From Aureliella sp. (GTDB lineage Bacteria; Planctomycetota; Planctomycetia; Pirellulales; Pirellulaceae): DNA of 64,000 bases. The notes beneath the pieces were generated by a model. The model saw only the letters and a program-made list of their open reading frames with translations, had not been told where the DNA came from and made no database searches. The DNA is taken from assembly GCA_963691875.1 (NCBI GenBank), contig OY829846.1, positions 192,001-256,000 on the forward strand, in the 5' to 3' direction. Below, piece by piece: positions 21,375-30,862 of this stretch. The number at the start of each line of letters is the position of its first letter. Within the stretch, counting starts at the first letter, position 1. A program made the translations under genes and the position numbers.

Positions 21375-22430
21375 ATGGCTCTGGAGAATGGAGAACAGGC
21401 GGTTACGTCTGATGCGATAGATAAGCTGCAAGCGGCTCGAGAGCGGATCATGCAGCAGCTTGGCAAAGTCATTGTCGGCCAGCAAGATGTGGTCGAAGAA
21501 TTGCTGATCAGTGTCTTCAGCAGAGGGCATTGCATGCTGGAGGGTGTACCAGGGCTGGCAAAGACCTTGATGATTAGCACTCTTGCAAGAACTCTTAGCC
21601 TATCCTTCAGCCGGATTCAATTCACGCCTGACTTGATGCCGGCCGACATCACCGGTACCGAAGTCATCGAAGAAAAGCCGGGTGGCGGTCTCGATCGACG
21701 CTTTATGGAAGGCCCACTCTTTGCCAATGTGATCTTGGCTGACGAGATCAACCGTACTCCTCCGAAGACCCAGGCCGCATTGCTGGAGGCGATGCAGGAG
21801 CGACAAGTCACGGTTGGACGAGTGCGGCACCAACTCAGCGATCCGTTCTTTGTCCTTGCGACGCAGAACCCCATTGAGCAAGAAGGTACCTATCCATTGC
21901 CTGAAGCTCAACAAGACCGATTCATGTTCAAGGTTCTGGTTGACTATCCGAACTTTGACGATGAGTTCGAAGTTGCCAAGAGGACGACGGCAAAGTTGGA
22001 CGCGAATGTAGAACCGGTTTTGGGCGCTGAGGAGATTCTGCAGTTGCAAGACTTAGTTCGGAGCGTCCCGGTTGCGGATCACATCATTCGGTATGCACTT
22101 GCAATCATTCGTCAAACACGAGTGGGTAGCGAAGGCGTTCCTGAGTTTGTCGCAGATCAAGTTGGCTGGGGCGCTGGCCCTCGAGCAGTCCAATTCTTGA
22201 TTCTGGGTGGGAAGGCCCGAGCTTTGCTCAATGGCCGAACTCATGTGACCGTCGAAGATATCCAGGCATTGTGTCGCCCCGTCTTGCGGCACCGCATGGT
22301 CGTGACTTTTGCTGCTGAAAGTGACGGAATCACCACCGATGACGTTATTGATCGCTTGGTCCAGGAAACACCTTCCTCAGAAGATGAGCTAACACGCGAT
22401 GCCCGCTTCCAAAAGATTTTTGCCTCCTGA
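21375..22430 (+). CDS. moxR: MoxR-family AAA+ ATPase
   Basis: [68 protein letters not shown]. Confidence 0.96.
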   Translation: MALENGEQAVTSDAIDKLQAARERIMQQLGKVIVGQQDVVEELLISVFSRGHCMLEGVPGLAKTLMISTLARTLSLSFSRIQFTPDLMPADITGTEVIEEKPGGGLDRRFMEGPLFANVILADEINRTPPKTQAALLEAMQERQVTVGRVRHQLSDPFFVLATQNPIEQEGTYPLPEAQQDRFMFKVLVDYPNFDDEFEVAKRTTAKLDANVEPVLGAEEILQLQDLVRSVPVADHIIRYALAIIRQTRVGSEGVPEFVADQVGWGAGPRAVQFLILGGKARALLNGRTHVTVEDIQALCRPVLRHRMVVTFAAESDGITTDDVIDRLVQETPSSEDELTRDARFQKIFAS

Positions 22431-23298
22431 GGCAGTCAAGCGGGTTCAACGGCTTGAGTTGAAGGCTCGGCATGTCGTCGAAGGCTTTCTATCTGGTTCA
22501 CATCGCAGTCCGTATTTTGGCCAGTCCGTCGAGTTTGTGCAGCACCGCCAGTACGTGGCAGGTGACGATGTGCGCCACGTGGATTGGAAAGTCTGGGCTC
22601 GACAAGATCGATTGGTCATCAAGCAATACGAAGAAGATACAAACCTCAGGTGCTCTTTGCTGCTCGATAGCTCGGCCAGCATGGATTATGGTGTAGGCGA
22701 TGCAAACAAATTCGAATATGCAAGTACGTTAGCTGCCTGCCTCGGATTGTTAGTGCTTCGACAGCAAGATGCGGTCGGAAGTGCGATGTTTGACAACAAG
22801 ATTCGCACTCGAATTCCTCTTCGCACAAGCCAGAGGCACCTCACGGATTTGCTCAGCTCCTTCGAAAATACTTCGCCTGCAGACAAGACGGAATTGGACG
22901 GAGTCTTTAAAGATGTCGTGCAAACGTTTCCGAAACGCGGGCTCATGGTGCTAATCAGCGACCTCTTGGGGGCCGAGGAGAGCTCCTTGAGAGGGATCAA
23001 CACACTTCGCAAGGCTGGTCACGATGTCATGGTGCTCCACGTGTTGCATGACGATGAACTCGATTTCCCATTTGCTGATCCAACCCGATTTGACGGCTTG
23101 GAAACGAGCGATCATCTCACTTGCAACCCGCGGGCGCTGCGAGAAGGTTATTTGGAGGCTCTGGAGAAGTTCTTGGATCGCGTTCGACGTGCGTGCGCGG
23201 CATCGAAGAGTGACTATCTCTTAGTGCGAACGAGCGATGCGCCGGATGCCGTTCTGGCAAAGATTCTGAGTGATCGTATGCAGACGGTTCGCAGGTAA
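22399..23298 (+). CDS. DUF58 (VWA-like) MoxR partner
   Basis: [44 protein letters not shown]. Confidence 0.95.
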   Translation: MPASKRFLPPEAVKRVQRLELKARHVVEGFLSGSHRSPYFGQSVEFVQHRQYVAGDDVRHVDWKVWARQDRLVIKQYEEDTNLRCSLLLDSSASMDYGVGDANKFEYASTLAACLGLLVLRQQDAVGSAMFDNKIRTRIPLRTSQRHLTDLLSSFENTSPADKTELDGVFKDVVQTFPKRGLMVLISDLLGAEESSLRGINTLRKAGHDVMVLHVLHDDELDFPFADPTRFDGLETSDHLTCNPRALREGYLEALEKFLDRVRRACAASKSDYLLVRTSDAPDAVLAKILSDRMQTVRR

Positions 23299-23330
23299 CG
23301 AGATTAGTAAGGAGTCTACGAGCAAGCGTC

Positions 23331-25664
23331 ATGCAGTTTCTTTTTCAGCCACTAACTTGGGGATTCGTGCTGGTCGGTGTACCGATATTGATACACCTGA
23401 TCAACATGCTGCGCCATCGCAAAGTGCGTTGGGCGGCCATGGATTTCCTGCTTGAAAGCCACAAGCGTAATCGTCGCTGGGTTATGCTTAAGCAATGGTT
23501 GCTGCTCGCATCGAGAATGCTCGCCATGTTCCTGCTTGTGACTCTCTTGGCCAAGTGGATCAGCGGCTCGCAGTGGTTGGCTTGGCTTGGTGGTCAAACA
23601 ACGCATCACTATGTATTGATCGACGACAGCTATTCGATGGCGTCCACCAGCGAGGATCAGGCTGCCTATGATCGGGCGTTGGCAGCAACAACCGGGCTGG
23701 TTAAGTCGATTGCTAATCAGCCAGGGCAGCATCAACTTACGCTGGTCCGTTGGAGTCGCGCGGCTCTTGCACTGCGCCAGGACGGGGAAACTGCGAGGAT
23801 GGATGTCGCAGCAGACCTGCTCGGCCAAAGTGTTTCACAAAATCCAGAGTCGCTGTTGGAACGTATTAATGCTTCTGAGCCGACTTCGCTTTCTTTGGCA
23901 CCAGAAGAAGTAATCGAACTTGTAACGCCGCTTGTCGCGGAGAACTCAGAGCAAACAAGCAAGGTTTACCTTGTCTCAGATTTGCGGCGAAACGAGTTTG
24001 GTGAGCCGGACTCGCTCAAAAATCAGCTCCAAGGACTTGTCCAAAACTCAGCTGAGATTCATCTTGTCGACTGTGCGGTGGACCAGCAGAAGAATTTGTC
24101 GTTGGTTTCAATTGAGCCTGAGAAAGGTGTTTGGTCTGCGGGTGTGCCGCTCATGGTGCGTTTCCAAGTTCGAAATCGACAGGAGCAAGTTGCCAACAGT
24201 GTTGTGGTTCGACTCAAAGCGGTCACATACGCTGAAAAGACTGCGAAGCCCCAAGTCGATCAGCCCTATTCGGGAGAAGTTCTGAATTTGCCAGCGGTGG
24301 TGATTGATCAGATTGCACCGGGTGAGACTGTCACCCGCCAGACGCAAGTGATCTTTGGCGTGCCCGGTTATCACGTGGTCGAAGCATCCTTGGAGGCAGA
24401 CACTCTTGCGACCGACAATCGTCGTTGGTGTTCGCTGGAGATCAAGGACAGTCAAAATATCTTGGTCGTTGATGGTGACGTCGACCAAAGGAATGCATTT
24501 TACCTGGAAAACGTCTTTAATCCGAATCCGCAACTCGCAACCGGCCTGCAGTTGGAAAAGCAGGATACTTCCTATCTGCGAGATGTTGCGCCCGAGCGAT
24601 TGTCCGAGTTCGATGTGGTAGCTTTGCTGGATGTGCCTCGGATGGATCCCCAGGCGGTTGCAAAGCTGGAAGATTTCGCGCGAGATGGCGGCGGGATCTT
24701 TCTGGTGGCTGGGAAAAATACGAATCTGAAATTTTCCAACGAATCCTTGTACCGTGATGGCAAAGGATTGCTGCCAGCGGAGCTCAAGGAAATTGTTTCC
24801 TACTCAGAATCCCTGGACCCGGGGCAACCGCAGGTTGTCGGGACGGAACATCCGGTGCTGGGACCACTGATGCAGTTGGAAGCATCGCCATTCGGTCTTA
24901 TCCGCGTACGGCAGATGATTGGAATCGGTGATTGGGATTCGCCCGGCGTGGAAGTCGTTGCGAACGGTCCTGGCGGCCGGCCGATTTTGATTGACTCTCC
25001 ATTCGAGCGTGGTCGAGTTCTCACTTTACTCACTGGATTCAGCAACGATTGGAGCAACTGGGTTTCTGACCCGACCTTTGTCGTCATGATGCTGCGTTCG
25101 ATGGGCTATTTGGGCAACGCTCGCAAACCACCGACTTCGCGGCCAGTGGGGAGCGAGATTGAGATGGTGCTGACGAATACCACCGTTCTTCCAGAGGCAG
25201 AGGTGATCGTGCCAGCTCGTGGGGAAGGAATTCGAGTGCGTTTGCCTCGTGAAGTGGAAACCACCAGCGATGCCCAGACGGTTTCTCGTCTGAATCTCGC
25301 CATTGATTTGAGCGGTGCGGATCGCAATTTGACGGATAGTATTCTGCGCCCAGGTATTTTTGAGGCGTGGATGACGGATGCTCAAGGGAATCAGGTTGTT
25401 CGATGCTTTGCTCGTAATGTCTCGGCAGCCGAAGGCAACCTAGAAGTTATTCCTCACGCCGAATTGACCCGGAAACTGGGTGGAATCCCACATGAGATTG
25501 AGAATGCGGAAGCCCTCAGCAACTTGGCCAGCAGCACACAGGATTCCGCACAAAGCAACTTTTTGATGGTGTTGCTAGTATTGCTCCTTCTCGGAGAACA
25601 AGCCTTAGCCTACTCTGCCAGTTATCATGCTCCAGCTTCCTCGCTTACCGGAGGACGATCATGA
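23331..25664 (+). CDS. BatA N-terminal double-TM plus VWA domain membrane protein
   Basis: VPILIHLINMLRHRKVRWAAMDFL (BatA), IDDSYSM MIDAS, LVSDL, GATase-like F.RDGGG segment, C-terminal TM. Confidence 0.9.
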   Translation: MQFLFQPLTWGFVLVGVPILIHLINMLRHRKVRWAAMDFLLESHKRNRRWVMLKQWLLLASRMLAMFLLVTLLAKWISGSQWLAWLGGQTTHHYVLIDDSYSMASTSEDQAAYDRALAATTGLVKSIANQPGQHQLTLVRWSRAALALRQDGETARMDVAADLLGQSVSQNPESLLERINASEPTSLSLAPEEVIELVTPLVAENSEQTSKVYLVSDLRRNEFGEPDSLKNQLQGLVQNSAEIHLVDCAVDQQKNLSLVSIEPEKGVWSAGVPLMVRFQVRNRQEQVANSVVVRLKAVTYAEKTAKPQVDQPYSGEVLNLPAVVIDQIAPGETVTRQTQVIFGVPGYHVVEASLEADTLATDNRRWCSLEIKDSQNILVVDGDVDQRNAFYLENVFNPNPQLATGLQLEKQDTSYLRDVAPERLSEFDVVALLDVPRMDPQAVAKLEDFARDGGGIFLVAGKNTNLKFSNESLYRDGKGLLPAELKEIVSYSESLDPGQPQVVGTEHPVLGPLMQLEASPFGLIRVRQMIGIGDWDSPGVEVVANGPGGRPILIDSPFERGRVLTLLTGFSNDWSNWVSDPTFVVMMLRSMGYLGNARKPPTSRPVGSEIEMVLTNTTVLPEAEVIVPARGEGIRVRLPREVETTSDAQTVSRLNLAIDLSGADRNLTDSILRPGIFEAWMTDAQGNQVVRCFARNVSAAEGNLEVIPHAELTRKLGGIPHEIENAEALSNLASSTQDSAQSNFLMVLLVLLLLGEQALAYSASYHAPASSLTGGRS

Positions 25665-28468
25665 TGACGATAAGTGAGGCTTTGCCGTGGAATGAAGCTC
25701 TTCCGGTGGGCCAAACTAGGATCATTTACCAGTGGTTGAGGATCGAGCAGCTGAGTGATTGGTGGCATTGGTTGCTGGTCGTCAGTATTTGCACCGCAAT
25801 ACTGGGCTATGTTCTCTTTTGGTATCGCCGTGACTCAGCGGAGCAGCATCGTCCGGTTGGCTGGACACTAATGATGTTCCGCATTGCAGCGCTCATTGGG
25901 CTTCTGCTCTTCTTTCTCCAGCTTGAAAAACGTTCTGAGCAGCGAGTTGTGCGTGATTCGCGTGTTGCCGTACTTGTTGATACTTCGATGAGTATGTCGC
26001 TACCTGGAACGCCCTCATCTGTTGGTGTAACGAATACGCTTAGTCGTGCTGAGGAAGCGAAACGATTGATTGCTGACTCGGAGTTTCTGCGGGAGTTGTC
26101 TGCTGGACACCAGGTGAGCGTGTATCGCTTTGATGATGATGCCAAACCATCGTCGGTGGCGGCGGTTGAGAAGATTCAAGATCGAGGTGATATGTCGGTT
26201 GAGCTCGTTTCGACGGGTTCTGAGCAACAAACGATCATTCGGGAGATGCAACTGCTTGGTCGGATCGCGATTATCCTCTGTGCGGTTGCATTGGTAGGAA
26301 TTTGCTTGCCCATCGGTGCACAGGTCGTTGGAATTCGCGAATGGTTTTTGGGCAGCTGGATGCTTTTTCTTTCGAGCGTTGCTGGATTGGTAAGTTTGAT
26401 TTGCGGCGCCGTCGCCGTCGTGCCGAACACTGAGTTCTCTCTGGCCTCCACGCTTGGACTGGAGGAGGCAAAGCCCATCGGAAGAGACGACTTAGAGGAA
26501 GAAGCAGCGGAGAGGGTTTCTGTACCGGATGATTGGCAACTGGCACTTTCGCCGAGCGGCACGGAATCGCGACTCGGTGATGCCGTGAAGTTTGTCTTGG
26601 AACGCGAAGCTAGCAATCCTCTGGCCGGAATTATTCTGCTGACTGACGGACGCAACAATGCTGGATTTGATCCCAAAGCTGTGTTGCCGATGACCCAGAT
26701 TTCACGGGTGCCACTGTTTGTCATAGGGCTGGGGTCTGCTGAGCGTCCGAAGAACATCGAGCTGGTCGAAATCGATGCACCGAAAAGAGTTTATCCTGGC
26801 GACCGTTTCACGTTGAAAGGCTTGCTGGGCTCGAATGGATTTGATGGAGAGTCTGTCGACTTACAAGTCCTCAGTGGGCCGGTAGATGCTGAGCTGGATC
26901 AGCTGTCGATAGAAGATGAAACGCAAGTCACGCTTCAAGATGGAACTGAGCTGCAGGACGTTGAGTTTCAATTGGAGCCCAAGCCAGTTGGCGAGTGGCA
27001 GTATGCTTTGCGAATTAACACAACGCTTCCAGACAGTGTCGAAAAAGACAACGTGAAGTTGATCAAGATCGAGGTGGTCGAGCGCAAGAATCGAGTGCTC
27101 ATCATTGCGGGTGGGCCTATGCGTGAGTATCAATTCGTCCGGAATCTACTGTATCGTGATCGTGATGTCGAAAGTCACGTATTGCTGCAGTCCGGATCTG
27201 ATCGTAGCTCTCAAGAGTCGCAGAAGTTGCTCTCAGAATTCCCTGCAGATATTCAAGCGTTATCGGAATACGACGCGGTTATCAGCTTTGATGCGGACTG
27301 GACGCAGATTCCGGACGCAAGCGTATTGGCATTAGAACGCTGGGTCGCTGAGCAAGCTGGTGGCTTCATCTTGGTTGCCGGAAGCGTTGAGATGCCCAAG
27401 TGGGTAGCGCGCTCGGCGACAGGCGTACGGTCTCAGCTTTTGCGTTCGCTTTCACCGGTAGTTCTGAAGAAGACCGGAAGTGCTTTGTTAGCGAGTGGTC
27501 GAGTTACAGGTCAGGAGGCTTGGCCGTTGAAGCTCTCGTCGGACGGTGCTCAGGCGGAGTACCTTTGGATGACCGACGAAGCCAAAAGCAGTTTGGATTT
27601 GTGGCAGGATTTTGAAGGAGTCTACAGCTTCTTTGCTGCCTATGAACTCAAGCCAGGTGCGAAGGCACTCATGCGCTACTCCGATCCGACCACTGCTATC
27701 GATGGTCAGCAGCCGGTTTACATGGCAAGTCAGTTTTATGGAGCTGGGCGAACGCTGTTTCTTGGTGGTGGCGAGTTGTGGAGAATCCGTGCCTCAGGCG
27801 ATTTTTACTTTGATCGACTCTACACGAAGTTGGTTCGTTGGGTGTCGCAAGGGCGATTGCTACTTGACTCGGATCGTGGAGTCTTGCTTGTTGATCGCGA
27901 GCAAGCGTTACTTGGCGATACCATCATGGTTCGTGCAGTACTTAAAGATGAACGCTTCGAACCGTTGGTGCAGACAGAAGTTGTACCTCGTTTGCTCGAT
28001 CCGCAAGGTGGGAATAGGCCACTCGTTTTACGGCCTATGGCAGATGGATCGCAGCCAGGTGTCTACACAGGACAGTTTCCTGTGCTTCGTCCGGGCGAGT
28101 ATTCCGTTCAATTGCAGCTTGGCGGTCTGGCCTCTGATGAGGTATTGCTGGCGGCGGTCAAAGCTAAAGTTCCGGCATTGGAGATGCAGCGTGCAGAACG
28201 CAATGATACTCTTTTGAAGCAGCTGGCCGCAGATTCAGGAGGCCGATACTGGGCCGGCGTTGAATCTGCGGTTTCAAATGGAGTTGGTCCCGATGGGCAG
28301 ACAGAGACCAACATTGTCGATGCAATAGAGCCTCAAGACCAGATCGCATATCTGCCGGGTGCCCCGGACAGCGTTTTCCAGCTTCGCTGGTTAGGATGGT
28401 TGATGACTTGGATTGCAAGTTGCCTGTGCCTGGAATGGTTGATACGCCGCATACATCGCCTCGCATAA
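25661..28468 (+). CDS. VWA-domain membrane protein with GATase-like domain
   Basis: Two N-terminal TMs, VDTSMSM MIDAS, ILLTDGRNN, EQAGGFILVAG, YGAGR, C-terminal EWLIRR. Confidence 0.88.
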   Translation: MMTISEALPWNEALPVGQTRIIYQWLRIEQLSDWWHWLLVVSICTAILGYVLFWYRRDSAEQHRPVGWTLMMFRIAALIGLLLFFLQLEKRSEQRVVRDSRVAVLVDTSMSMSLPGTPSSVGVTNTLSRAEEAKRLIADSEFLRELSAGHQVSVYRFDDDAKPSSVAAVEKIQDRGDMSVELVSTGSEQQTIIREMQLLGRIAIILCAVALVGICLPIGAQVVGIREWFLGSWMLFLSSVAGLVSLICGAVAVVPNTEFSLASTLGLEEAKPIGRDDLEEEAAERVSVPDDWQLALSPSGTESRLGDAVKFVLEREASNPLAGIILLTDGRNNAGFDPKAVLPMTQISRVPLFVIGLGSAERPKNIELVEIDAPKRVYPGDRFTLKGLLGSNGFDGESVDLQVLSGPVDAELDQLSIEDETQVTLQDGTELQDVEFQLEPKPVGEWQYALRINTTLPDSVEKDNVKLIKIEVVERKNRVLIIAGGPMREYQFVRNLLYRDRDVESHVLLQSGSDRSSQESQKLLSEFPADIQALSEYDAVISFDADWTQIPDASVLALERWVAEQAGGFILVAGSVEMPKWVARSATGVRSQLLRSLSPVVLKKTGSALLASGRVTGQEAWPLKLSSDGAQAEYLWMTDEAKSSLDLWQDFEGVYSFFAAYELKPGAKALMRYSDPTTAIDGQQPVYMASQFYGAGRTLFLGGGELWRIRASGDFYFDRLYTKLVRWVSQGRLLLDSDRGVLLVDREQALLGDTIMVRAVLKDERFEPLVQTEVVPRLLDPQGGNRPLVLRPMADGSQPGVYTGQFPVLRPGEYSVQLQLGGLASDEVLLAAVKAKVPALEMQRAERNDTLLKQLAADSGGRYWAGVESAVSNGVGPDGQTETNIVDAIEPQDQIAYLPGAPDSVFQLRWLGWLMTWIASCLCLEWLIRRIHRLA

Positions 28469-28498
28469 GATTGCTCTCTGAGGAATGAGTACAAGATC

Positions 28499-30862
28499 AT
28501 GAGTCGGCAGAACACGAAATCGCTTGCGCCAAACGTCGCTGAGGCTTTAAGGGAAGTCCGCAGCATGTTGCGTCGATACATTGCGATTCAGTCTCTACTG
28601 TCGATTGCGTGTATCATTTTGTTCTTCTTTTGGGCCGGTGGCTGTCTTGATTATCTTCCAGTCACGATGGGCGCCAGCGAGACGCCGCGTTGGCTGCGAG
28701 TCGGCTTGTTGAGCTCGATGGTGGTCGGGACAGGCTACGTGCTTTTCGTATGGGCAGCGCCTAGACTGATGGCACGCATTCATGATCGCTCCATCGCGTT
28801 GATGCTTGAGAAGAAGCACCCGCATCTCGAGAATCACCTGCTGACTGCGGTGGAACTCACGGAGGAACCTGAGGGTTCTGATTTTGCACTGGTCTCGAAT
28901 CCTGAGGCCTATGCGAAGATGCTTGAACGCGTGCACGCTGGGCTCGACGATCGGACTCAGCGACTTGACACTGCCTCTCTATTTGACTGGCGGCCCATTT
29001 GGGCAGGCATGTTGTCCGTTTTCCTCAGTTTGGCAATCACCGGATTTGCTTGCTTGGCAATGCCTGACTGGATGCTGCATTGGTCCAAACGACTGTTCGC
29101 TTTGTCGGAAACACCTTGGCCACGACGAGCAGAACTACGGATTGACGGAGTCCAAATTCAGCTTCCTACTTTTACAGGACAGCTGACTGCAGATAGGCGC
29201 CTGCTAGGATTTCGGAATGGCGTTGTACGAGTGGCTGGGGGTTCCACGGCACAACTGCAAGTTGCAGCGGAAGCTGAGACTAAGGTCGTGCCAGAAATTT
29301 GCACTGTTTTCTATCGTCAAACAGATGGGACTCGAGGCCGCGCCAATATGCGACGTCTCGGTCGACCAGAAGAGGGATGGCAGACTTTTGTTCTCGACGG
29401 ACCGCCACTCGACGGGATTTCGCAGACTACCGACTTGCGCGTTATAGGATTGGATGCCAGCCTCACTGGAATGCAGCTGGAAGTCACTCCATCGCCGCTT
29501 GTAAAGTCGACGAAGCTTGAATTGGTTTACCCCGAGTATCTGCTCAGCAACCTTACTCGTGCGGCGAGCGAAACTGTCGAATTCCGCAATGGTCTACTCA
29601 TTCCAGAAGGCACTCATGTCTATCTTGTCGGCGAGACAGGCTCGATTTTGAGTAGCGTGGATTATGTGATCCAGTCAAGTGAGCAACAGGCGGCAGAATT
29701 GAAAATAGATCAAGTGCCTCCGTCGGGAGAAGAGCTTTCGCAGTTTCGAATCGATCTGGGTCCGCTTCGTGAAAGTAAGATCGTCGAGTTAAGATTGATC
29801 GATCAATATGGTCTATCTTCCGAACAAGTCACTCGCTATTTGCTTTCCGTTCAGCCAGACGAGATCCCCCTGGTTGAAAGCAAGCTAGCCGGTATCGGCA
29901 ATGCGATTACGACAAAGGCATTACTCCCGATTCGCGGAAGTGTGCAAGATGACCACGGTCTAAAGACCGTGCAAGTCGACATGCAAGCCAGTGATGAGAG
30001 TAAGTTCATCGTAGAGGTGGCTCCACCGGAGGATATGGAACTCTCCACCGACGTTGATTTGCAAATGCTTGCTGAAGAGCAAGGGTTTGCATTGAAAGAA
30101 GGTGAGACGCTTGGGCTGCAAGTGTCGGCGAGCGATTTTTTCGACCTCGATAAAGATGTTCACCTTGGACAAGGACAGACGAAACAATTGAATATCGTCT
30201 CCGATGACGAGTTACTCGTGCTTTTGGATCGCAAGGAGCTTGAACTGCGTCAACGAATCGAGCAGATCATGTTGGAACTCGAACAACTCAAGTCATCGCT
30301 GCAACAGCTGTCGACAAAATCGAATGCCGCCAGAATGAGTGGGAGAGCCGCGGTTGGCACCGTTTCTTGGGCAGCGGCGCAAGACACAGACGATGAAGAG
30401 GAAAGGCGAGCACGCATGTTAGTTTTGCGAAGCCAACAGGCTGTTTTGCAAGGAGATAAGTCGCAGCAAGAGCTCAGTGGGGTGGCTGCAAATGTCGAGA
30501 ATTTGCGACAGCAGCTGGCCAACAATCGCATTGATAGCTACGACCGCCAGCAGCGACTTCGGGAGAAAGTATACTCGCCCTTGCAGGATTTGCTGGCTTC
30601 GGAGTACGAGCGGCTTGCGAGCGATCTTGCAGCATTGCAGAAAGCGGCTATCGCAGGCAGATCGACCAATGAGGCACTTGCTGCGGAATCTTCCGCAGCG
30701 GAAGTACTGGCAAAGCTAGCTCAAATCAAAGAAAATATGTTGGATATTGAGTCTTTCAACGAAATTATTGATTTAGTTCGTTCATTACTTGAAGACCAAG
30801 AGAAGCTTCTGAACGAAACAGAAGAAGAGCAACGCAAACGCATCCTCCAATTTTTGCAGTGA
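28499..30862 (+). CDS. Membrane-anchored Ig-like/coiled-coil protein of the MoxR operon
   Basis: Three N-terminal TMs, LENHLLTAVEL, YPEYL, DDHGL, C-terminal coiled coil. Confidence 0.8.
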   Translation: MSRQNTKSLAPNVAEALREVRSMLRRYIAIQSLLSIACIILFFFWAGGCLDYLPVTMGASETPRWLRVGLLSSMVVGTGYVLFVWAAPRLMARIHDRSIALMLEKKHPHLENHLLTAVELTEEPEGSDFALVSNPEAYAKMLERVHAGLDDRTQRLDTASLFDWRPIWAGMLSVFLSLAITGFACLAMPDWMLHWSKRLFALSETPWPRRAELRIDGVQIQLPTFTGQLTADRRLLGFRNGVVRVAGGSTAQLQVAAEAETKVVPEICTVFYRQTDGTRGRANMRRLGRPEEGWQTFVLDGPPLDGISQTTDLRVIGLDASLTGMQLEVTPSPLVKSTKLELVYPEYLLSNLTRAASETVEFRNGLLIPEGTHVYLVGETGSILSSVDYVIQSSEQQAAELKIDQVPPSGEELSQFRIDLGPLRESKIVELRLIDQYGLSSEQVTRYLLSVQPDEIPLVESKLAGIGNAITTKALLPIRGSVQDDHGLKTVQVDMQASDESKFIVEVAPPEDMELSTDVDLQMLAEEQGFALKEGETLGLQVSASDFFDLDKDVHLGQGQTKQLNIVSDDELLVLLDRKELELRQRIEQIMLELEQLKSSLQQLSTKSNAARMSGRAAVGTVSWAAAQDTDDEEERRARMLVLRSQQAVLQGDKSQQELSGVAANVENLRQQLANNRIDSYDRQQRLREKVYSPLQDLLASEYERLASDLAALQKAAIAGRSTNEALAAESSAAEVLAKLAQIKENMLDIESFNEIIDLVRSLLEDQEKLLNETEEEQRKRILQFLQ

